Shown one piece after another: positions 29,560-41,476 of a DNA stretch of 64,000 nucleotides. Source of the DNA: an uncultured Gemmatimonadales bacterium (GTDB lineage: Bacteria; Gemmatimonadota; Gemmatimonadetes; Longimicrobiales; RSA9); the NCBI GenBank assembly GCA_963741945.1, contig CAVUKA010000001.1, positions 416,001-480,000 of the forward strand, in the 5' to 3' direction. The notes under the pieces were generated by a model. That model was given only the letters and a program-made list of their open reading frames with translations, did not search any database and was not told the DNA's origin. A program made the translations under genes and the position numbers. The number at the start of each line of letters is the position of its first letter. Position 1 is the first letter of the stretch.

Positions 29560-30568
29560 CGCCATTGACGCCGCGGTCAGCGCCCGATCGATCTGGTCGG
29601 GCACCCTGAGCTTCGGGCTCGTGAGCATCCCCGTGAACCTCTTCAGCGCCAACCGCTCGCGTCACGTCTCGCTGCGCATGCTCGCCCCCGATGGCACGCC
29701 CCTCGTCCGCCGCTACTACGATCCCGAGACGGACGAGGAAGTCTCGCGGGACCGGATCGTCCGTGGCTACGAGGTCGAGAAGGACGAGTACGTGGTGGTC
29801 ACCGACGAGGAGCTGGAAGCGCTGGAGCCGGAGAAGAGCCGCGACATCGACCTGCGCCAGTTCGTCCCGCGCGACGACCTCGACCCCAAGTTCTTCGAGC
29901 GCGCCTACTTCCTGGCGCCCGCAGGCCAGTCCACGAAAGCGTACCGGCTGCTGGCGGCGGTCATGGAGCGAACTGGCCGGGCCGGGATCGCCACGTTCGT
30001 CATGCGCACCAGGGAGTACCTCGTCGCCATCCTGGCGGAGCGCGGAATCCTGCGGGCGGAGACGCTGCGCTTCCACGACGAGATCCGGGACGTGGACGCC
30101 ATCGGGCTCCCGGACAGGCCATCCCTGGAATCGAAGCGCGTGGACGAAGTGCGCGCGGCGATGAAGAAGCTGACGCGGAAGAGCCTGGACACCGGCGAGC
30201 TTCACGACAACTACTCGGACCGCCTGCTGGCGCTCGTGGAACGCAAGCGGAAGACGGGGCAGGACGTCGTGTCCGCTCCGCTTGCCGCCTACGAGCCGGA
30301 CGAGGACGAGGGCGCCGATGTCATCGACCTCATGGAGGTCCTCAAGCGGAGCCTGCGCGGCGCCGAGCCGTCGACCGCGCGCTCGGCCGCCGGCCGGAGC
30401 CGCACCGCAACCGGCGGCGGCGGTGGCGGGCGCGGCGGTGACGGGCGCGGCAGGCTGGCGGAGTTGACGAAGGCCGAGCTGTACGAGCGAGCCCAGCGGC
30501 TCGAGATCAGCGGCCGCAGCTCCATGAACAAGGGCGAGCTCATCGAGGCGATCCGCCGCAGCGCGTGA
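29552..30568 (+). CDS. ku: Non-homologous end-joining protein Ku with C-terminal Rho-N/HEH-like domain
   Basis: RSIWSGTLSFGLVSIPV, RGYEV, VIDLMEVLKRSL; tail TKAELYERAQRLEISGRSSMNKGELIEAI. Confidence 0.95.
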   Translation: MPDAIDAAVSARSIWSGTLSFGLVSIPVNLFSANRSRHVSLRMLAPDGTPLVRRYYDPETDEEVSRDRIVRGYEVEKDEYVVVTDEELEALEPEKSRDIDLRQFVPRDDLDPKFFERAYFLAPAGQSTKAYRLLAAVMERTGRAGIATFVMRTREYLVAILAERGILRAETLRFHDEIRDVDAIGLPDRPSLESKRVDEVRAAMKKLTRKSLDTGELHDNYSDRLLALVERKRKTGQDVVSAPLAAYEPDEDEGADVIDLMEVLKRSLRGAEPSTARSAAGRSRTATGGGGGGRGGDGRGRLAELTKAELYERAQRLEISGRSSMNKGELIEAIRRSA

Positions 30569-30614
30569 TCGCTCGCTGCGGCTCCCCGCTCGACTCCCGG
30601 GCGGGGCCGGTCGA

Positions 30615-30689
30615 TGGGCGCGACAGGATTCGAACCTGTGGCCTTCTGGGTGTAAACCAGACGCTCTGGACCAGCTGAGCTACGCGCCC
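30615..30689 (-). tRNA. tRNA-Val (anticodon TAC), CCA not encoded
   Basis: GGGCGCG acceptor stem, TAGCTCAGCTGG D-arm, TCTGG-TTTACAC-CCAGA anticodon arm, GGTTCGAATCC T-arm. Confidence 0.96.
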
Positions 30690-30957
30690 GCGCAAGGGAT
30701 GGTAGCCGGGCAACGGACGATCGTCCACCCTCCTCCCCCGCCCCGCCAGCCCTGTCCCCCGTGAGGGGGCGCTGGTGTCCACGGATTGGGACACAGTTCA
30801 CGTCCCTGCGATCGACGGCGAGCACCGCAGGAAGGCCAGGAGGCCAGGCATTGCAACGCGTCCTGCCGATCCGCGGCGCGCGGCCCGCGGCGGGAACGGG
30901 ACATGCCCCTACACACGACGGTGATCGGGGAGAGGAGCTCGAACGAGGGAAGCAGCA

Positions 30958-31689
30958 ATGAAGCAAGCGAAGTGGATGGCAGCGGGGATGGCGTTCGCCC
31001 TCATGCTCGGCGGTGCCGGCCCGGTGTCCGCACAGCAGGCGAACGGCAGCTGGTGGTCGTGGGCGCTGGGCGATGCACTGGGCGTGACGGGGCGCGGGCC
31101 CGGCTCCGTGGTGCTGGACCCGACGCGAAGCGGCAGGCGGGGCGACGACAAGGACGGCGCTGCGCGCTCCTCCGGCCGCACCGTCGGCGACATCATCTTC
31201 GGCCGCAGCGGCGGGGAACGGGGGAAGTCGCGCGACGGCCGTGACCGGGATCCGGCCGGACGCGGGCGGTCACAGGCGGCCGGGCGCGGGCCGGCGTTCT
31301 GCCGGAACGGAGTCGGTCACCCGACCAAGGGTCGGCAGTGGTGCGTGGACAAGGGATTCGGGCTGGGCGGAGGCGGGCTGCTGAACGGGGTATGGCGGGA
31401 GGACCGTGGCTGGGGCGGCGTGATCCTCGGCGGGCCGAGCACGCGCGTCCGAAGCGGGAGCGTGCTGGGCCAGGGCGGACTGAGGGACGTGCTGGGGAGC
31501 GTGATCCTCGGTCGGCTGCAGAACGAGCAGCGACGGCTGGGCGCCCGTGCCCCGCTGCAGGGGCGCTGGCTGAGAGAAGGAGCGCAATCTCTGGTGCTGC
31601 AGGTGCGGGCCGGGAACACGCCGGTGGCGGAGCTGACCGACCTGAACGGGGATGGCCGCGCCGACGTGGTGCTCGTGGCCCGGCCGTAG
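30958..31689 (+). CDS. Secreted Gly/Arg-rich hypothetical protein
   Basis: Signal peptide (..GAGPVSAQQ), GPAFCRNGVGHPTKGRQWC motif, C-terminal DLNGDGRAD Ca-loop-like motif. Confidence 0.7.
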   Translation: MKQAKWMAAGMAFALMLGGAGPVSAQQANGSWWSWALGDALGVTGRGPGSVVLDPTRSGRRGDDKDGAARSSGRTVGDIIFGRSGGERGKSRDGRDRDPAGRGRSQAAGRGPAFCRNGVGHPTKGRQWCVDKGFGLGGGGLLNGVWREDRGWGGVILGGPSTRVRSGSVLGQGGLRDVLGSVILGRLQNEQRRLGARAPLQGRWLREGAQSLVLQVRAGNTPVAELTDLNGDGRADVVLVARP

Positions 31690-31747
31690 ATGGAAGAGGG
31701 GTGGAGCGGGCGGCGGCCGCGGTGAGCGGCGGCCGCCCGCGGTCATC

Positions 31748-32347
31748 TCAGCGGCCTTCCCGGTCGGAATCGTTCAGGACGCGCGAAGCAAAGATGATCT
31801 TCTTGGCCAGGTCCAACATGCGCATGTTCCGGTTCTGACTGGTCTTCTGGAGCGTCCGGTACGCCTCCGCTTCGGACATGGAGCGGGTTTCCATCAGGAT
31901 CGCCTTGGCGCGCGAGATGATGCGCCGCTCCTCGAGCTTCCGGGCCAGCGCGTCTCTCTCCTCCTGAACCCGTTGCCAGTCGTCGAAGCGGGCACGGGCC
32001 ACGGCCAGGGCCGGGGCGAGGCTGGCGGGTTCCACGGGCTTCACCAGGTAGTGGAAAACGGGCGCGGCCGTGGCCTCCTCGACCGTGCGGCTGTCGCTGT
32101 ACGCGGAAAGCAGGAGAATGGGCATCCGGTGCTGCTCCCAGATCTCGCGGGCGGCTTCCGGCCCCGTCTTCCCGGGCATCCGGATGTCCAGGATGGCCAT
32201 GTCGGGGTGGTGCTCGGCGGCCAGCGTGACGGCCTCGCCACCATCGGCGGCGGTGGCCACGACGCGGTGGCCGAGGGCCTCGAGCTGGTGGCGGAGCGTG
32301 AGGTTGTGCAGGCTTTCGTCGTCCGCGATGAGGAAGCGCGTGGCCAT
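31748..32347 (-). CDS. ANTAR-domain response regulator (PdtaR/NasT-like)
   Basis: Receiver (IADD, LDIRMP, LSA, LVKP) plus ERRIISRAKAILM..SEAEAY..LQKTS ANTAR. Confidence 0.93.
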   Translation of the reverse strand: MATRFLIADDESLHNLTLRHQLEALGHRVVATAADGGEAVTLAAEHHPDMAILDIRMPGKTGPEAAREIWEQHRMPILLLSAYSDSRTVEEATAAPVFHYLVKPVEPASLAPALAVARARFDDWQRVQEERDALARKLEERRIISRAKAILMETRSMSEAEAYRTLQKTSQNRNMRMLDLAKKIIFASRVLNDSDREGR

Positions 32348-32469
32348 CAATGACCTCCAGAAGGACAGACTTGGTGGGGGTACGGCCGAAGCCGCGGTTG
32401 CGCGAAGGGTGACTGCAATGCTCGTGCTCGCGCGTCGCTGTGGGGCAGCCTGTGGAGCTGCCGGAGCGC

Positions 32470-32670
32470 TCAGCGGATGATGCCGAGCGGGATGAGCACC
32501 ACGTAACCGAGTGCGAGGAGGAGCGGCGCGGCCACCGTCGACGCCTGGGAGAGCAGCAGGAAACCCACGCCGATGGACAGCAGGCCGGACCCGATCAGGG
32601 CGTAGTTCACGGGGGTCCACCGTAGCGACGGCGGCCGGTTCTGCGGTGTCGATCGTTTGCTCTGGGCCAT
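32470..32670 (-). CDS. Small two-TM membrane protein (DUF3098-like)
   Basis: NYALIGSGLLSIGVGFLLL..APLLLALGYVVLIPLGI. Confidence 0.7.
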   Translation of the reverse strand: MAQSKRSTPQNRPPSLRWTPVNYALIGSGLLSIGVGFLLLSQASTVAAPLLLALGYVVLIPLGIIR

Positions 32671-32676
32671 GGCGCA

Positions 32677-32704
32677 AATGTAGTCGGACCCGGAGCGTGG
32701 TCAA
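32677..32704 (-). promoter_or_regulatory. sigma70 promoter giving a leaderless transcript
   Basis: TTGACC-N16-TACATT, 6 nt before ATG 32670; no RBS. Confidence 0.5.
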
Positions 32705-33600
32705 CCGGGGGAGTCCCAGTAGGCCGGATCGTCGGGCGGCTCGGTGGCCCTCAGGCGCGCGAGCTTCGCCCGATCCCGGCGCCGGCGCCGGCGTCCGACC
32801 AGCAGCAGGAGCAGCGCCACGAACAACCAGAAGACGAGGGAATGCGTGAGGATGAGCGGCCATCCGTAGGTGCGCTTGACGTATGCGCGCCAGTGTTCTT
32901 CGAACTGCCCCAGCGTCAGCCCATACGTGGAGCGGAACGCGCGATTGAAGTCCACGTCCTGGCGCCATCGGCGCAGAAAAATGGCGAGGCCGCGCTCTCC
33001 GCTCTCCTGCACGAGGTATCCGATGGCGCTGGCCGCGAGCAGGTAGGCGATCCGGGCGTCCTCCTCGGCCACGGGCCATTCCAGCGTCAGCGAGTCCAGC
33101 GGCGGCGCGCGACGCGTCAGGAATGCGACGCGGAGGCGCCACGCCGCATCGGCGCTCCACTCCCCCGCCGCCCATTGCGCGTACCCCTCCGTGACCCAGC
33201 GTGGCACGCGGGCGGGGCCCAGGAAGCGCTGGAGCGCCACGTGGGCGAGCTCGTGGCGAAGGGTGCGGTAGATCGTGTACGGCGGCGTACGCTCCCAGTC
33301 GAACGTGGGCAGCACGATCACGCCCGCGTCCGGCTCGGCCACGCCAGCGCCCCACTCCGGGACGCGGCCGCCGGTGAGGGAATCCCAGGCAGCGCGATCC
33401 GAGGCCAGGTAGACGTCGACGCCGGCGCTGTCGAGGATGTGGGGCGGGAGCGCCGGAAGCGGGGGAGCGGCGGCGACGTGCTCGGCTATCCTGCGGGCCA
33501 GAGCGCTCTGCCGCGGCTCGTAGTGGAGCCGGACCGGAGACGAGAGCAGGACCTGCTGCGCCAGGAGAAATGCCCCGAGGAGGAACGGGATCGCGTTCAC
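32701..33600 (-). CDS. Membrane-anchored zincin metallopeptidase (peptidase MA-like)
   Basis: Signal peptide, PEWGAGVA, HELAH, PRWVTEGYA; C-terminal TM plus poly-Arg. Confidence 0.85.
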   Translation of the reverse strand: MNAIPFLLGAFLLAQQVLLSSPVRLHYEPRQSALARRIAEHVAAAPPLPALPPHILDSAGVDVYLASDRAAWDSLTGGRVPEWGAGVAEPDAGVIVLPTFDWERTPPYTIYRTLRHELAHVALQRFLGPARVPRWVTEGYAQWAAGEWSADAAWRLRVAFLTRRAPPLDSLTLEWPVAEEDARIAYLLAASAIGYLVQESGERGLAIFLRRWRQDVDFNRAFRSTYGLTLGQFEEHWRAYVKRTYGWPLILTHSLVFWLFVALLLLLVGRRRRRRDRAKLARLRATEPPDDPAYWDSPG

Positions 33601-34058
33601 TCCGGCGCCGCGATGGCGTCCAGGCGGAGCAGTGCCGCGACACGGGGGCCGAGGCTGACGAGGCCCCGGACGTGCCGCGGATTCAGCCCCGTGAGCCACC
33701 GGGGCGGCCTCGTCACTGCGCCGTCGTCGACGATGACGACGCCCTCCACCACTTCGGCCGCCAGCGCCAGAACGAGCCCACCCGCGTCCACGACCACGGC
33801 CCTGGGCGCCGTACCCGGGGGATCGAGGCCGGGCAGCGGCGTGATCTCCATCTCCCCGGAGCGCGTCCGGGCGCGGCCGTCGTCGCCTGTGGGGGCAACC
33901 TCCCGGACGCTGGCTACGGGGGCGGCCAGCAGCGCGCCGGCGAGGCTCCAGAGGACCACTTCCCGACGGCCCTCCCCGGCCGCGACATCGCCCGGGAACG
34001 ACAGGGTCGGTCGATCCCCGAGGGGGGGCCGTGCGCCCCGATGCTCGCGCGCGGTCAC
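33597..34058 (-). CDS. CheW-like domain protein
   Basis: LLAAPVASVREV, LALAAEVVEGV, VRGLVSLG..VAALLRLDAI resemble the CheW fold; divergent. Confidence 0.65.
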   Translation of the reverse strand: MTAREHRGARPPLGDRPTLSFPGDVAAGEGRREVVLWSLAGALLAAPVASVREVAPTGDDGRARTRSGEMEITPLPGLDPPGTAPRAVVVDAGGLVLALAAEVVEGVVIVDDGAVTRPPRWLTGLNPRHVRGLVSLGPRVAALLRLDAIAAPE

Positions 34059-34540
34059 GTGCGCGCCTCCGGGAACACGCGGCGCAGCGCCGCCTCGAGG
34101 TCGCTCTCGAAGGAGGCGGCGTCGGACGCGCGCAGGGTCCCGCTCGAGGGCCGCATCCGCTCCGCCGCCTCGATGAAGCGCTCGGCGAAGAGCCGGACCA
34201 GCCCGAGCGTGGAGCCCCGATCAAAGACGGCCACCAGCACGAGCGGCGCACCGGCCACTTCCAGGGGGGCGAAGAAGAGCTCTCTGGTCTCGCCCACGTG
34301 ATGGATGTGCGTCCAGCCGGCCCCGCCCGTCAGCTCCGCGAGAGCGCGCGCGGAGGAGTGGGCGGAAGCGGCGAGGGAGGCCACGGCGGCGAGGTCGAGG
34401 CCGCGGTCGAAGCCGTGGTACGCCAGAACCTGCCCGCTGCGGTTCACGAGCATGGCCGTGCGGACGCGGGCCTCCCGCGCGAACTCCCGCAGGTCTCTGC
34501 GCAGCTGGCGCCCGAGTGCGTCGAGTCCGGGCGCCCTCAC
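34055..34540 (-). CDS. Roadblock/LC7 protein, MglB-like
   Basis: LVNRSGQVLA, AVASLAAS..ALAELTG, VAVFDRGSTLGLVRL and acidic C-terminal helix resemble Myxococcus MglB. Confidence 0.8.
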   Translation of the reverse strand: MRAPGLDALGRQLRRDLREFAREARVRTAMLVNRSGQVLAYHGFDRGLDLAAVASLAASAHSSARALAELTGGAGWTHIHHVGETRELFFAPLEVAGAPLVLVAVFDRGSTLGLVRLFAERFIEAAERMRPSSGTLRASDAASFESDLEAALRRVFPEART

Positions 34541-34887
34541 GCAGACAGCTCCCGGGCAGCGTGGAGCGCGTGGCTGCGCGCCATTCCCACTCCCGCGCCG
34601 GCCTCGGTGGCCACCACAACCACCAGCGCGCCCGCCGCGGCCACCAGGAGCATCCCACCCGCGGACTCGAGCTGCACCACGCGGGCGCGCCCGATCCCGG
34701 CCGCGTCGGCCGCGTCGGACGTGCGGCTGAGGAGCGATGCCGCCAGCGCCGCCAGTGCGTCCTCGGGCACGCCCGCCAGCACCTCGGAGGCCACGGGCGT
34801 CCCCGTCGCCGCGTCGACCACGAGGGCCGCCCGGACGCCTGGGAGGCGACCGAGGCGACGCGCGACGCCCCGCGCCGGGGCGCTCAC
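34537..34887 (-). CDS. Roadblock/LC7 domain protein
   Basis: PGVRAALVVDAATGTPVAS, DALAALAASL, GALVVVVA pattern. Confidence 0.75.
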   Translation of the reverse strand: MSAPARGVARRLGRLPGVRAALVVDAATGTPVASEVLAGVPEDALAALAASLLSRTSDAADAAGIGRARVVQLESAGGMLLVAAAGALVVVVATEAGAGVGMARSHALHAARELSA

Positions 34888-35696
34888 GCGCCGTCCGCGG
34901 TGAGGGCGCGGGCCAGGCGTTGCGCCCGGTCCGCGGTGCGCACGACCCACCCTTCCGGGGTGCCTGGCCGCGTGAGGACGATCAGCGCGCGGTCCCGGCC
35001 GTGAGGTGCCACGTGGGCGCGCGCCCGGTCGCAGTCAACGAGGGCGCCGGTCCACGGTCCCATGCCCGTCAGCTCCGCCGTGCGGCTCGCTTCCGCCACG
35101 ACCGAAGTGGCGAACGCGCTGATCAGCTGCGGGTCGCCCGCTGCCGTGGGGACCGCGCCCGCCAGCACCAGCCCGTTGCGGTCGAGCACCAGCGCGCCGA
35201 GGAACGGCGCTTCCGCAGTCAGCGGCTCGAAGACGCGCTCGGGGTCGATCGCGGGGCCGGACGAGCGGTCCGGCTGCGCCGTCGCCCCGGCGCCCTGCCG
35301 CTCCGTGAGCACCTGCAGCGCCTGCCGCACCGCGGGGTCGCCGGGCCTGGCGTCGGCCGCCGCCACGAGGTGGGGCCGGGCGTCTTCGAAGCGCCGCTCC
35401 TCGAGGGCCAGGAAGCCGAGCCCGCGGTGCGCGGCGAAGCTGGTCGGGTCGAGGGACAGGAGGGCGGACCATTCATCGCCCGCGCGGGCGTGGTCGCCGG
35501 CCTCGAGGTGGAGCAGGGCGAGGAGCTCGCGGGCCTCGACGTGGTCCGGGTGGCGCTCCAGGCCGCGCCGTACCACGTCGCGCGCTGCGTCAGCGCGGCC
35601 GTTTCGCCGGAACGCGCGGGCGAGCGATACGAAGCAGCGAGCCCCGGGGTCCCGGGCCACTTCCCGACTCCAGCGCTCCACGTCTCGGTCGCTCAT
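34884..35696 (-). CDS. TPR plus C-terminal Roadblock/LC7 domain protein
   Basis: DPGARCFVSLA TPR start, LSLDP..AHRGLG; C-terminal GALVLDRNGLVLAG. Confidence 0.75.
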   Translation of the reverse strand: MSDRDVERWSREVARDPGARCFVSLARAFRRNGRADAARDVVRRGLERHPDHVEARELLALLHLEAGDHARAGDEWSALLSLDPTSFAAHRGLGFLALEERRFEDARPHLVAAADARPGDPAVRQALQVLTERQGAGATAQPDRSSGPAIDPERVFEPLTAEAPFLGALVLDRNGLVLAGAVPTAAGDPQLISAFATSVVAEASRTAELTGMGPWTGALVDCDRARAHVAPHGRDRALIVLTRPGTPEGWVVRTADRAQRLARALTADGA

Positions 35697-35722
35697 CCGG
35701 TCGTCCCGGGTCCGCCGGTGAA

Positions 35723-36688
35723 TCAGCCCCCACTCGAACCGCGCGCCCATTCGGCCGCCGCCGCCAGATCCGGCGGAAGAGGCGCGCGCAGGTCCATGCG
35801 CTCGTGGGTGCGCGGGTGGTCGAACACGAGGCGCTCCGCGTGCAGGAATTGCCGCGGCACCCGCCGCTCCAGCTCGCGGGCCCAGGGCAGGCCCTGGCCA
35901 CTGATCCGACGGGCGCCTCCGCCGCCGTACAGCGGATCGGCCACGACGGGGTGACCGATGTGGGCGAGGTGGACGCGGATCTGGTGCGTCCGCCCCGTCT
36001 CCAGCCTCGCCCGCAGCACGTCTGCGGCCACCCAGCGCTCCACGCGCTCGAAGTGCGTCACGGCGTGCCGGCCCGCCTGCGTGACCGTGAGGCGTTTGCG
36101 GTCCCGCGTGGACCGGCCCACCGGCGCATCCACGGTCTGCCGGTCGTCCTCCAGGTGCCCCCAGACCACCGTCAGGTAGCTCCGATGGATATCGCGGCGC
36201 TTGAGTGCCGCGGCCAGGCGGCGGTGCGCCCGGTCGTGCTTGGCCACGATCAGGAGGCCGGACGTGTCCATGTCCAGGCGGTGCACGATGCCCGGCCGCT
36301 TGACCCCGCCGATCCCCGACAGGTCCTGGACGTGGTGCAGCAGCGCGTTCACCAGCGTCCCGCCCCGATGCCCCGGCGCCGGGTGCACCACCAGCCCCGC
36401 CGGCTTGTTCACCACCAGCAGGTCCCGGTCCTCGAACACGATGTCCAGCGGGATGTCCTCCGGCTCCATCCCGGACGGCTCGGGCGGCGGGATGGTGAGC
36501 TCCACCACGTCGCCTGCCGTCACGCGCTCGCTCTTCCGCGGGACCTCCCCGTTTAGCAGCACCTGCCCTTCCCCGATCAGCTGGGCGATGCGACTGCGCG
36601 AAAGCTCCGCCAGACGCCCGGCCAGCCAGGCGTCGAGCCGCTCCCCCTCCGCGGCTTCCGGAATCTCGAGACGACGGCGGTCAGCCAC
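35723..36688 (-). CDS. rluD: RluA/RluD family pseudouridine synthase with S4 domain
   Basis: ERLDAWLA S4, NKPAGLVVHP, RPGIVHRLDMDTSG, GRTHQIRVH. Confidence 0.93.
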   Translation of the reverse strand: MADRRRLEIPEAAEGERLDAWLAGRLAELSRSRIAQLIGEGQVLLNGEVPRKSERVTAGDVVELTIPPPEPSGMEPEDIPLDIVFEDRDLLVVNKPAGLVVHPAPGHRGGTLVNALLHHVQDLSGIGGVKRPGIVHRLDMDTSGLLIVAKHDRAHRRLAAALKRRDIHRSYLTVVWGHLEDDRQTVDAPVGRSTRDRKRLTVTQAGRHAVTHFERVERWVAADVLRARLETGRTHQIRVHLAHIGHPVVADPLYGGGGARRISGQGLPWARELERRVPRQFLHAERLVFDHPRTHERMDLRAPLPPDLAAAAEWARGSSGG

Positions 36689-37217
36689 CGCCCTCCCGAC
36701 GTCTGCGCGGGCGCTGTTCTTCCTGCCAGAGGGAGAGCGCGAGGAAGATGGCGCCCGTGGTCACGGCAATGTCGGCCACATTGAACACGGGCCAGCGGAG
36801 GTCGCCCACTCCGACATCGAGGAAATCCACGACACCGGCATGGGAGCGGACGCGATCGATGAGGTTGCCGACTGCGCCTCCGCAGATGAGGGCGATGGCG
36901 GCGAGGCGTATGCGGTCGCGGGCGGGGGTGGCCCAGTACATGGCGGCGAGGGCGGCGAGGGCGATGAGGGAGAGGACGAGGAAGACGGGTCGGGAGTAGG
37001 CGCCGAGATGGATGCCGAAGGCCGCGCCCGGGTTCTGGATGTAGGTGAGCCGAAGGTAGGAACCCACGACGTCGACCTGGTCGTAGAGCGGCATGTAGGC
37101 CTGGACCATCAGCTTGGTGGTGACGTCCAGGAGCACCACCAGGAGGGTGACGCCCACGAACATCCGCACCTTCCCGGCCGTCCAGGAACGCCCCTCGCTC
37201 TCGACGTTCATCTCCAT
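36681..37217 (-). CDS. lspA: Lipoprotein signal peptidase II
   Basis: DVTTK, NPGAAFG, GAVGNLIDR, VVDF, WPVFNVAD motifs. Confidence 0.96.
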   Translation of the reverse strand: MEMNVESEGRSWTAGKVRMFVGVTLLVVLLDVTTKLMVQAYMPLYDQVDVVGSYLRLTYIQNPGAAFGIHLGAYSRPVFLVLSLIALAALAAMYWATPARDRIRLAAIALICGGAVGNLIDRVRSHAGVVDFLDVGVGDLRWPVFNVADIAVTTGAIFLALSLWQEEQRPRRRREGGG

Positions 37218-37218
37218 G

Positions 37219-37595
37219 TCACCCACGGCGTCCACTTCCCGACTCCTCCTCCCGTTTGCACTGGATGCACAGATCGGTGTGCGGCAGCGCCTCGAGGCGC
37301 TCGAACCCGATGTCCTCCTTGCACCTGCGGCACGCGCCATAGTCCTCGGGCTCGTGCAGCAGCCGGTCGAGCGCCCGGTCCACCTCCACGAGCCGCCGCC
37401 CCTCCTCGCTGGCCATGAGGAACGCGTTCTCGCGCTCGGTGAGCGCCGACGCCGCCTCGGCCATGTGCTGGGAAAACCCGGACACGGCGCGGTCGTCCAT
37501 CTCCTGGCCGAAGCGATGCAGGCGCCGGACGAGCTTGGCGCGCTCCCGCTCCAGGAGCCGCCGCAGCGCTTCACGCCTGTCGTGCGACAGTGGCA

Positions 37596-37596
<1 letters not shown>
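37219..37596 (-). CDS. TraR/DksA family C4 zinc-finger protein
   Basis: Coiled coil plus YGACRRC..I..ERLEALP.T.LCIQC. Confidence 0.9.
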
Positions 37597-40738
<3,142 letters not shown>

Positions 40739-40742
<4 letters not shown>

Positions 40743-41476
40743 TCGGTCCGCTGCTCCTCCACCAGCGACGACAGCCAGTCGTCCCCGCCGTCCGCCTCTC
40801 CAACCTCGCGGCTGGCCTCGCCTTCCTCCCCCGCCCCCTCGCCGGAGGACGCCGCCACATCGGCTTCGTCCGCCATCGCCCCGTCAGCCGCCCCCCCGTC
40901 CGGCACCTCCGCCTCCGGCGACGACGGCGCTGTCGCGTCCGGCGATCCCCCACCCTCCTCGTCGGACAATGGGCCACCGGAGAGCATCAGCGGCTCCCTC
41001 TCCTCGAACCGCAGCTCGAGGGCGTCCTCGATCACGTTCAGCTCCGACAGCCCCCGCTCCAGCAGGTTGTGGAACGACCTCACGAGCTGGGCGCGCCGCG
41101 CCCGGACCTGGCGCAGCGCATCCTCCTCCGCCGCCAGCTTGCGCGCCGACTCCTGCCGGGCCGCCTCCGCCGCGGCCCGCGCTTCCCGGACGATGAGCTC
41201 CGCTTCCCGGTCCGCGTTCGAGCGCGCCTCCCCGCGCAGCCGCTCGGCGGCGAGCAGCGCATCCGAGAGCATGCGCTCCTTCTCCCGGAAGGCCGCGAGC
41301 TCCGCCCCGGTCCGCTCCAGCGACTCGGAGAGCGCCATGTTCTCCTTGACGAGCTCCTCCATGCGGTCCGCGGCCAGGTCGAGGAAGTCGTTGACGAGCT
41401 CGGCATCATAGCCCCGGAACGCGCGCCGGAAATCACCCTTCTTGTGGCGGACCTCGAGTGGCGTGAGATCGATCAT
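40739..41476 (-). CDS. divIVA: DivIVA domain protein
   Basis: LTPLEV..F.RAFRGYD..LVNDFLD N-terminal motif plus coiled coil and acidic tail. Confidence 0.9.

Noticed and set aside
20500-30689. Genomic island integrated at the tRNA-Val 3' end
   Set aside because: No integrase and no duplicate of the tRNA 3' end found by eye near 20.4-20.6 kb; composition looks like the flanks
32348-32469. ANTAR dual-hairpin target or sigma54 site upstream of the ANTAR gene
   Set aside because: Only one clear hairpin, and the -24 position reads AG rather than GG
40743-41000. T-box leader for ileS
   Set aside because: The ileS start overlaps the divIVA stop, leaving no leader; no T-box motif seen
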